From Gemmatimonadales bacterium (GTDB lineage: Bacteria > Gemmatimonadota > Gemmatimonadetes > Gemmatimonadales > GWC2-71-9), in NCBI GenBank assembly GCA_041615815.1, contig JBFJCP010000008.1, positions 63,154 to 127,153 on the forward strand: a stretch of 64,000 nt of DNA, given 5' to 3'. Both the position numbers and the translations under genes were made by a program. Below the pieces are notes generated by a model. The model saw only the letters and a list, made by a program, of their open reading frames with translations. It was not told the origin of the DNA and did no database searches. Below, piece by piece: positions 56,585-64,000 of this stretch (the stretch's first letter is position 1; each line of letters begins with the position of its first letter).

Positions 56585-58021
56585 TCAACGGACACGGTCA
56601 AGCGCCGCTACAATCAACGCCACATACTCAGCGTAGCGCTGAAGCCCGGACCAGGGGAACGTCGATGACCACTCGTCCGCGGGACGGTGGTAGTGGTCCC
56701 ATTGCTGCTTGAGGGCAACCGATCCGTCCAGAGAGAGTCCCTCGTACGGAGCGCTTCCTGGAATCACGAGCAACGCGCCGATCCCACGCACGGCAAATGG
56801 ATAGAAGTCGGAGATGGGGCGCGCGGCCGAGGTGCGGATGTCCCAACCTCTCGCTCGGGCGACGCGGGCCGCCAGGTTCCCCACCATCGATCCCTCCGCT
56901 CCTGCCAGCTCCCAACTCGTTGGGGGCGCGGGCGGCGCGCCGGCGTCAACCGTGATCACCGCTTTGGTCTGTTCGAGGCGCCACGGGGGTCGAGCCGCGT
57001 AGTAATCGGATCCCAGCAAGCCCAGCTCTTCAGCGGTGAAAAACACCAGCAAGATGGTGTGCGCGAACGGGGCGGCGTCCAGGGCGCTCCATGCGGTGCC
57101 GAGGGCGAGAAGCATGGCCACACCCGCGGCATTGTCCGAGAACCCATTGTAAATCGAATCTCCTGTCGCATCCGGCGGGCCAACCCCCAGATGATCGTAA
57201 TGCGCAGCGAGCACGATCGCCGTATCGGCTCGTTGCGTCGACATTCCGGGCAGTTGGCAAATAACATTGGGTGCCCACACCGATTCACGTTGGGCGCTCA
57301 CGGTGACGCTGATCGTGATCTCCCTTCGTAGTGCGCCGGCAGCTTCGTCGACGTCGTACGCCATCGCCAGGAGCGCTGCGGACGCGCTGGGATCGAGGAG
57401 TACTGCCGGGAGGGGACTATGAAAAGATGAAGGGGTGGCGGAGTCGGCGAGGTACCAACGAGCGTGGTTGAGCCGCGCTGCGTAGCGCCGGTACGTGGAT
57501 GTATCCGACGTCAGCTGAACGAGTCCCCGCACTCCGCGTGCCGCGAGGGAATCTCGCACGCCGCGGTCGGCTCGTTCGCTGGTGACGGCGATGGCACCGG
57601 CCGGCACGGGCGGGCTGTCTTCCGCCATGAACGACGCAGGCCCACTGAAACCAGCGATGGCCGTTCGGGTCCCAGGCTCGAGGGCGAGGTGGGCGCCGGC
57701 CATGCGAGCCGTATCGCGTCCTGCAACCACCATCAGCGTCATGTGAAGGAGCTGCGCTCGCTCCACAGGGACGGGGTGGAAATACGAAGGGCCGACTGGC
57801 AACCAGCCCGACATCCGACACTGACTGGCGATATAGGCCGCCGCTACCGAGGCGCCGGTTGATCCGGTGGCTCGTCCCTGCAGGAGATCCTGAGCGAGGA
57901 AATAGGTATGGGCACGGAGAGCGAGCGTGTCGATGGATGGCCCTTGGGCCAGGGCGGTCGACCACACCCCGAGCACGAAGACGGCCGGAATTGCCAAGCG
58001 GGTTGTGACCAGCTTCACCAT
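56585..58021 (-). CDS. M28 family peptidase
   Basis: AHYDHLG, DNAAG, AEELGLLGS, SDFYPF, YHRPADE. GGAGGAG RBS. Confidence 0.9.
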   Translation of the reverse strand: MVKLVTTRLAIPAVFVLGVWSTALAQGPSIDTLALRAHTYFLAQDLLQGRATGSTGASVAAAYIASQCRMSGWLPVGPSYFHPVPVERAQLLHMTLMVVAGRDTARMAGAHLALEPGTRTAIAGFSGPASFMAEDSPPVPAGAIAVTSERADRGVRDSLAARGVRGLVQLTSDTSTYRRYAARLNHARWYLADSATPSSFHSPLPAVLLDPSASAALLAMAYDVDEAAGALRREITISVTVSAQRESVWAPNVICQLPGMSTQRADTAIVLAAHYDHLGVGPPDATGDSIYNGFSDNAAGVAMLLALGTAWSALDAAPFAHTILLVFFTAEELGLLGSDYYAARPPWRLEQTKAVITVDAGAPPAPPTSWELAGAEGSMVGNLAARVARARGWDIRTSAARPISDFYPFAVRGIGALLVIPGSAPYEGLSLDGSVALKQQWDHYHRPADEWSSTFPWSGLQRYAEYVALIVAALDRVR

Positions 58022-58082
58022 ACGTGACTCCTCCCTTCCATACCTTCGAGCCTCGGCTTTTGTGGACCGGAGGCTGACCGAA

Positions 58083-59228
58083 ATGCCGTCCCTGGCGTTG
58101 CTGAGCGCTGTCATCACTGTACTCGCACAGACGGCGGCCGTCCCCCAGCTGGATCTTGCCGTCGAAAATGGCATTCGGCGCGGGGTTTTCCCCGGCGGTG
58201 TCGTCGTGATCGGGACGAGCGAGCGCGTGTTGTTCGCGAAAGGGTATGGGCACTTCACCTGGTCCTCGTTGTCATCAGTTCCCAATCCCGATAGCACCAT
58301 CTTCGATCTCGCCTCTCTCACAAAGGTGATCGCCACCACACCAGCCGTCATGCGGTTGGCGGACCAGGGGCGGCTCGATCTGGACGCGCCGGTACAGGCC
58401 TATCTTCCTGGTTTTCGCGGCCTCGGGAAAGAGGCGGTTACCGTCCGACACCTCCTGGAGCATCGATCCGGGTTGCGAGCTTTTCTCCCGCTCGACAAGC
58501 TCGCCAAAACCGCCAACGAAGCGACCATGCTGGTGCTCGAAGAGCCGTTGAGGTGGGAACCCGGCGGTCGAGTGGTGTACAGTGACCTGAACGCCATATT
58601 GCTCGGATGGATCGTGGAGCGGGTTTCCGGCCAATCGTTGGATCGATTTGCCCATCGCGAACTGTTCGAGCCCTTGGGCATGACGCGCACGCTGTTTCGT
58701 CCGCCGCGGGAGCTCCGTCGGCATCTGCCGCCCGTGGGCCTGTGGCGAGGTCACCCCATTGCCGGAGAGCTGCACGACCAGAATGCAGTCCGGCTCGGCG
58801 GCGTCTCGGGGCACGCTGGTCTGTACGCGTCGGCCGCGGACCTTGCTCGATTTGCGCAGACGATGCTGGGCGCGGGGAGCCGAATCGGAGGCCCACGTCT
58901 CTTCTCGCCGGACATGGTCCGCGAGTTCGTACGACGGAGACCTGGCAACCGTGCGCTGGGGTGGGAAGTCAATGACACGACGTCCATCGACAACACCGGT
59001 GCGCTGCTGAGTGCCGAGGCCTTTGGACACGGCGGATACACCGGCACCTCGATCTGGATTGATCCCGTGCAAGATCTGTTCATCATCGTGCTGACCAATC
59101 GTGTGTTTGCTCCCAAGGCCCGCCGATCCATCTCGGAGCTGAAGCGGGTGCGGAGCGCGGTGAGCGACGCAGCCGTCACACTGAGGGATGAGGTATGCAT
59201 GCGGGCGTCGAGCGCGCTGTGCGAGTAG
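58083..59228 (+). CDS. serine hydrolase (beta-lactamase/AmiE-like family)
   Basis: FDLASLTK (SxxK), YSD, HDQNA, GHAGL, GHGGYTGT. Confidence 0.9.
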   Translation: MPSLALLSAVITVLAQTAAVPQLDLAVENGIRRGVFPGGVVVIGTSERVLFAKGYGHFTWSSLSSVPNPDSTIFDLASLTKVIATTPAVMRLADQGRLDLDAPVQAYLPGFRGLGKEAVTVRHLLEHRSGLRAFLPLDKLAKTANEATMLVLEEPLRWEPGGRVVYSDLNAILLGWIVERVSGQSLDRFAHRELFEPLGMTRTLFRPPRELRRHLPPVGLWRGHPIAGELHDQNAVRLGGVSGHAGLYASAADLARFAQTMLGAGSRIGGPRLFSPDMVREFVRRRPGNRALGWEVNDTTSIDNTGALLSAEAFGHGGYTGTSIWIDPVQDLFIIVLTNRVFAPKARRSISELKRVRSAVSDAAVTLRDEVCMRASSALCE

Positions 59229-59599
59229 CTGGCCATGTAGGTACCGCAACCGAGCGGCCGGCGCAGCCGGTGCTGATCTTCGACGGGAGCTGCGGATTTT
59301 GTCGGCGATGGGTCGCGCGTGTTCACAAGCTCGACCGACACCAGCGAATCGAGTTGCTCCCCCTGCAGGATGAGTCGGCGCCGCAAGTGTCCGGACGAGA
59401 TCGTTCACAGCTGGAACGGGCCATGCACCTGGTACGGCCGGATGGAGCGGTGTTTGCCGGGGCTGCCGCCGCCCGAGAACTCTTCCGGTATCTGCCCGGT
59501 GGGTTCGTAATTGGGGCGATCTGCGCGATCCCCGGCGTCATGCCCGTGGCCGAGCACGCGTATGCCTGGGTGGCCCGGCGGTGGGGACCCGTTGCATGA
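59195..59599 (+). CDS. DCC1-like thiol-disulfide oxidoreductase (DUF393)
   Basis: IFDGSCGFC, Y.WVARR. Start uncertain. Confidence 0.82.
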   Translation: MHAGVERAVRVAGHVGTATERPAQPVLIFDGSCGFCRRWVARVHKLDRHQRIELLPLQDESAPQVSGRDRSQLERAMHLVRPDGAVFAGAAAARELFRYLPGGFVIGAICAIPGVMPVAEHAYAWVARRWGPVA

Positions 59600-59643
59600 C
59601 AGAGCGCCTTTGCAGCCAGGACGCTGGCACATACCTTTCAAGG

Positions 59644-59991
59644 ATGGATGACACAGTGATGAACGACACTCCGCAGGACGCGAGCGAGCCCAGGCCGCTG
59701 ACGGAAGAAACGGTGCGCAACGCTTTGCGCCGGGTGAAGGACCCGGAAGCGGGGATCAACATCGTCGATTTGGGTCTGGTGTACGACATCGCGATCGAGG
59801 ACACCAACGTCGACGTGAAGATGACGCTGACGTCACCGGGATGCCCTGCCGGTGGACAGATTCTCGGTGAGTCGGAACAAGTCGTCCGTGGTCTCACGGG
59901 CGTGGAGGACGTCAAGATCGAGCTGGTGTGGGAGCCCTTCTGGACGCCTGAGCGCATCGATCCCAAAGTGCGAGCGTTCCTGGGCTTCTAG
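59644..59991 (+). CDS. metal-sulfur cluster assembly factor (DUF59/SufT-like)
   Basis: VKDPE..INIVDLGLVY, MTLTSPGCP, WEPFWTPERI. Confidence 0.9.
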   Translation: MDDTVMNDTPQDASEPRPLTEETVRNALRRVKDPEAGINIVDLGLVYDIAIEDTNVDVKMTLTSPGCPAGGQILGESEQVVRGLTGVEDVKIELVWEPFWTPERIDPKVRAFLGF

Positions 59992-59995
59992 CGTC

Positions 59996-61153
59996 TCACT
60001 CCTGTAACGCCGCCAAGATCGCCTCCTCTCGAAGTACGCGCCTCTGCCATAGACGGAGTTCGCTGATCTGGTTCAGCGCGGCGCGCCCATCCGGCGCTAC
60101 GCGAGCCAAAGCCTGCAGTGTCCCATTCGGGCACACGAGACCCGGGTCCATTCCCAACTCCTCGGCCCGGCGATTCCGCAGCCGTTTCAGTCGCTCCAGG
60201 CGTGCATCGTAGGCGGGATCGCTTGGTGGCCGGGGAGAACGTCGGATCTCCGGAAGCTCCTCGCGGGGAGTCGCCAGCCCCTCCCGGACGGCTTCAACCA
60301 GTGCCTTCCCGTGGCGGCGGGCCACCGAACGCGGCACACCCGGCACCGCCTTCAGCGCCGCGTCGTCTCTCGGCATTGCCCGCGAAAGCGCCAGCAAGGT
60401 GTCGTTTCCCACCACCCGGAATGGTGCGCGATCCAACGCACGCGCCGTAGCATCGCGCCACGCGTACAAGGATCGAAGCACCGCACGGGCCCGCGGGCTT
60501 CGCAGCGCCTTGGCTCCGCGGACGCGGAGGTAGGCATCGCGATCGTCGGCGGTTGGTCCGGTCCACCTTATGGTCTCGAGGCGAGCGAACTCTTCTCGCG
60601 CCCACTCCAGGCGACCCATTTCTCCGAGGTGCTGCTCGAGCCGGTCCCGGAGCTCTGGGAGATAGCGCGTGTCCTCCGCAGCGTAGATCAACATCTCGGG
60701 TGGCAGTGGTCGGCGCGACCAATCCGCCCGTTGGAGCTTCTTGTCCAAGTCAACGCCAAAGTACTTGGCCAGGAGCGTCCCGAGTCCTACCGATGGCTCC
60801 CCCGCGAGTTGGGCGGCGATCCTCGTGTCGAACACATTGCGAGCACGGAACCCGTAATCCCGGTCGAGGATGCGGAGGTCGTAATCGGCGTCGTGGAGGA
60901 CGATCTCGATCGCTGGGTCTTCGAGGCAGCGCCCCAAGGGAGTCAGGTCGGTCACGGCCAGGGGATCGATGAGCGCCGTTTCCTCATCCGTACTGACCTG
61001 GACGAGGTAGACCCGGTCCACGTATCGGTGGAACGACGCCGCTTCGGTATCGACCGCCAACCGTGGGTGCGCTGCGAGCCGGTCCACAAGGGCCGCGAGC
61101 GCACCCGGGCTGGTGATGAGAGCCTCTGGCCCCAGCGGGGGTGGTGTTTCCAT
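59996..61153 (-). CDS. rnd: ribonuclease D (DEDD exonuclease plus HRDC)
   Basis: AVDTE, HDADYD, FDT, DWSRRPL, YAAED, HRDC domains. Confidence 0.88.
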   Translation of the reverse strand: METPPPLGPEALITSPGALAALVDRLAAHPRLAVDTEAASFHRYVDRVYLVQVSTDEETALIDPLAVTDLTPLGRCLEDPAIEIVLHDADYDLRILDRDYGFRARNVFDTRIAAQLAGEPSVGLGTLLAKYFGVDLDKKLQRADWSRRPLPPEMLIYAAEDTRYLPELRDRLEQHLGEMGRLEWAREEFARLETIRWTGPTADDRDAYLRVRGAKALRSPRARAVLRSLYAWRDATARALDRAPFRVVGNDTLLALSRAMPRDDAALKAVPGVPRSVARRHGKALVEAVREGLATPREELPEIRRSPRPPSDPAYDARLERLKRLRNRRAEELGMDPGLVCPNGTLQALARVAPDGRAALNQISELRLWQRRVLREEAILAALQE

Positions 61154-61311
61154 GCTGTTTCGAAACTGAACACGGATTGCGGAGTTTTCTACATCACTGT
61201 CGAGACGGTGTGGAAAACTCCAAGCTACCCGCTGTCTAAAAGTGTATGTGTTCTATCGGTGTCACTATACTGTCTATACCGTTGCTTCAACAGATTTTCG
61301 TCTCGGTCAGT

Positions 61312-61337
61312 GGAACTTCGCCGCTGTTGGGCGGTTG
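61312..61337 (+). promoter_or_regulatory. ECF-type promoter upstream of the hydrolase/xdh operon
   Basis: GGAACT-N16-GTTG. Confidence 0.45.
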
Positions 61338-61374
61338 TCCCGAAAGCTAACTTACCACGCCCCAGGGAGGCCGT

Positions 61375-62223
61375 GTGGCGACCACCAGCGAGCACAACCG
61401 CTTTCCTCAACGTCTCTCTCAGCCCGGCGGCACACGCGAGCTCCCCGTTCGGGGATGGCGTGTCGAGGTCGACGTCCAAGGCATCGGTCCCGCCATCTTC
61501 TTCATACACGGGTTCCCACTGGATCGCACCATGTGGCGCCCGGTGTCATCTACCCTCAGTGGCTGGCTTCGGATCGCGCCAGATCTCCGAACGGCCGCCG
61601 GGGTCCCATTCACGGATCCCGCCGCCGGCCTTGGCGAATTCGCCGATGATTTGGGCGTTATCGTTGACGCGTTGGCCACCGAACCGGTCGTACTCTGTGG
61701 TCTCTCTATGGGTGGATACATCGCCTTCGAGATGCTGCGCCGTTATCCCGAGCGGATCCGCGGGCTGATCCTGTGCAATACGCGGGCGGAAGCGGACTCA
61801 TCCGATGGGCGGAGCGGTCGTGAAGAGATGATTGCCTTGGTCGAGCGACAGGGTGTCGACTCGCTCGCCGACCGACTGCTGCCCAAGATCTTGGCGGAAA
61901 CCTCCTTGGAGACCATGCCGAGAGTGGTGGAGCATGTCCGTGACATGATGCTTCGCCATACCCCGGCCGGTATCACGGACGCCCTCACGGCGATGATGCA
62001 TCGGCCGGACTCCACCGACCTGTTGGCGCACATCGATGTTCCGACGCTGGTCATCGCGGGGGCGGAGGACCAGTTGATCCCGGCGGAAGAGGCCAGAAGC
62101 ATGGCCAGCCGAATAGCGGGGTCGCACTTCACAATCATCCCCGGTGCCGGTCACCTCGCGCCGCTGGAACAACCCGTCCAAACCAGCCGCGTCATCGGCG
62201 AGTTCCTCGAAGTCCTCAGCTGA
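61375..62223 (+). CDS. alpha/beta hydrolase
   Basis: IHGFP, GLSMGG nucleophile elbow, GAED, GAGHL. Confidence 0.9.
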   Translation: MATTSEHNRFPQRLSQPGGTRELPVRGWRVEVDVQGIGPAIFFIHGFPLDRTMWRPVSSTLSGWLRIAPDLRTAAGVPFTDPAAGLGEFADDLGVIVDALATEPVVLCGLSMGGYIAFEMLRRYPERIRGLILCNTRAEADSSDGRSGREEMIALVERQGVDSLADRLLPKILAETSLETMPRVVEHVRDMMLRHTPAGITDALTAMMHRPDSTDLLAHIDVPTLVIAGAEDQLIPAEEARSMASRIAGSHFTIIPGAGHLAPLEQPVQTSRVIGEFLEVLS

Positions 62224-62726
62224 TGGCGCAGCCCCCGCTGTCGAACCAACCCACGGCCGTGCGGTTGTCTCTCACGGTAAATGGGGAACGGCACCGCATC
62301 TCGGTTGACCCGCGACTGACCCTCTTGGATCTGCTTCGGGACCGGTTGGCCCTGACAGGTGCCAAGCGTGCGTGTGACCGAGGTGAATGCGGTGCGTGCA
62401 CCGTCCTGATCGGCGGTCGTCCTGTGTACTCGTGTATTGCGCTGGCATGTTCCCATCACGGAGCCCGCGTCACGACCATCGAAGGCTTGGGACGAGGCGC
62501 GCGCCTGCACCCAGTTCAGCGGGCCTTTGTGGATGCGGACGCCGTCCAGTGTGGGTTCTGTACGCCCGGACAAGTGCTTTCGGCCGTAGCGCTTTTGGAA
62601 CAGCATCCGCGGCCCAGCGCTGCTCAGATCGCCGAGGCCATGAGCGGGAACCTCTGCCGTTGCGGTACCTATCCCAAGATCCTTCGCGCGATTCGCGCGA
62701 CGGGCCGCCGCACGAAGCGCCGGTGA
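62223..62726 (+). CDS. xanthine dehydrogenase family 2Fe-2S subunit (CoxS/YagT-like)
   Basis: CDRGECGAC, QCGFCTPG, GNLCRCG. Confidence 0.93.
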   Translation: MAQPPLSNQPTAVRLSLTVNGERHRISVDPRLTLLDLLRDRLALTGAKRACDRGECGACTVLIGGRPVYSCIALACSHHGARVTTIEGLGRGARLHPVQRAFVDADAVQCGFCTPGQVLSAVALLEQHPRPSAAQIAEAMSGNLCRCGTYPKILRAIRATGRRTKRR

Positions 62727-64000
62727 TGCATTCGGAAGCGCACCGGCCTCGGTTCGTGGTCACGACCGTCGAAGTCGAGGGCCGCGAGGAGGAGGCCATC
62801 GTCGAAATCCCCGACTTTGAACCTGTGCCGTGGGGTCCGCGTGCGCGGCAAGACTTGGTGGGCAAACGCATGCCGCGGGCCGACGCGATTGCCAAGGTCA
62901 CCGGTGCAGCCCGATACACGGCAGATATTCGCGTTCCGGGCATGCTCTACGCGCGTTTCCTACGCTCTCCCATTGCATGTGGACGGCTGACCGCGCTGGA
63001 CGTGAGTGCCGCGAGAGCCCTTCCCGGCGTACAGGCCGTGTTCACCGCCCGCGACGTGCCCGCCATCGAATGGATGCACGGAGCGCCACTGTTGGGGGGT
63101 CGCGTCGTGTATGCGGGCCAGCCGGTGGCAGCAGTCGCTGCGGACTCGCCTCGGGCCGCCCGAGCCGCGGTGCGGGCGATGCATGCGGAATGGATGCCAC
63201 GCCGTCATCGGGTGATCGTGAATGCGGACACACCGCCCCGGCGCGGTTCAGGGGCGCCGGCAAGACCGGTGACGGAACGTCACCAGAGGGGAAACGTCAA
63301 ACGGGCGATCGACGCGGCCCCGGTAGTCGTGACGCAGACGTATTCCGTGGCCCCCGTGATCCATCAGGCGATGGAGCCCCATGGATCGGTGGTTTCGTGG
63401 GAAGGTGATCATCTCACGGTCTACGATTCGACTCAGGGCATCTTCCGCGTTCGCCGCGAGCTCGCGCGGTATCTGGGACTACTCGAGTCGCAGGTGCGGG
63501 TCGTCTCGGACTACATGGGTGGTGGATTTGGGGCGAAGAACAACTGCGGTGCGTATACGGTGCTGGCAGCCTTGCTCGCGCGCCGCACGCGCCGACCGGT
63601 GAGCTTCATGCTCGATCGCGCCGAAGAGTGCGTGGATGCCGGGCATCGGCCGGCCACCGTGATGCGCGTGACCGTCGCGTCGGAGCGCGATGGGCGCCTT
63701 CAGGCCATCGATTTCGAGGCGTGGATTGCGCTCGGTGCTGATGGTTGGTGGGGGGGTCCGGGACAGCTTGTCCATCGCATGTACCGCTGCGCGAACGTCC
63801 GCACGGTCGAGCATTTCCATTACACCAATGTCGGTCCAATGAGCGCATTCCGTGCTCCATTCTATGTCGAGGGCGCGTTCGCGCTCGAGAGCGCAATGGA
63901 TCTGGTGGCACGGAGGCTCCGGCGCGATCCCATAGCGGTTCGCCTGCTGAACCGCGTGGACACCGATCAGGATCGAGATCGGCCCTACTCGACCAACCAG
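62726..64000 (+). CDS. xanthine dehydrogenase family molybdopterin-binding subunit, truncated at window edge
   Basis: Manual translation from ATG 62726: ...PRADAIAKVTGAARYTAD..GMLYA..LRSP, MEPHG, STQG, MGGGFGAK, AFRAP. Confidence 0.88.
   Translation, partial: MHSEAHRPRFVVTTVEVEGREEEAIVEIPDFEPVPWGPRARQDLVGKRMPRADAIAKVTGAARYTADIRVPGMLYARFLRSPIACGRLTALDVSAARALPGVQAVFTARDVPAIEWMHGAPLLGGRVVYAGQPVAAVAADSPRAARAAVRAMHAEWMPRRHRVIVNADTPPRRGSGAPARPVTERHQRGNVKRAIDAAPVVVTQTYSVAPVIHQAMEPHGSVVSWEGDHLTVYDSTQGIFRVRRELARYLGLLESQVRVVSDYMGGGFGAKNNCGAYTVLAALLARRTRRPVSFMLDRAEECVDAGHRPATVMRVTVASERDGRLQAIDFEAWIALGADGWWGGPGQLVHRMYRCANVRTVEHFHYTNVGPMSAFRAPFYVEGAFALESAMDLVARRLRRDPIAVRLLNRVDTDQDRDRPYSTNQ

Noticed and set aside
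58083..59228. Antibiotic-resistance beta-lactamase
   Set aside because: HDxNA/GHAGL motifs indicate the generic serine hydrolase/AmiE-like subfamily, and the context is not mobile.

Overview
GC-rich bacterial chromosome segment containing the replication origin (mnmE-yidC-yidD-rnpA-rpmH, divergent dnaA-oriC-dnaN). The gene content and order suggest Gemmatimonadota, which is an inference I could not verify. Most of the window is housekeeping: proBA, pruA, a heme operon, upp, an ECF sigma/anti-sigma pair, holA, mutS, CBS, queD, ddl, pyrE, polA, rnd, tRNA-Phe and RNase P RNA. I found no integrase, transposase, phage block or CRISPR array. The three most interesting signals are: (1) a candidate ribosome-mediated, proline-sensing attenuator ahead of proBA, with a leaderless Pro-containing uORF and alternative 1:2, 2:3 and 3:4 pairings; (2) a coproheme decarboxylase (ChdC/HemQ)-Rieske fusion in a hemD-chdC-hemE-hemY operon whose HemY looks internally shortened; (3) a Cyc2-like cytochrome-porin fusion paired with a CX4CH cytochrome lipoprotein, divergent from ndh across a perfect 18-bp direct repeat. 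Recurrent leaderless, ECF-type and sigma54-type promoter motifs, and oriC-like sequence patches outside oriC, are also noted. All protein assignments come from recognising motifs by eye, not from database searches.
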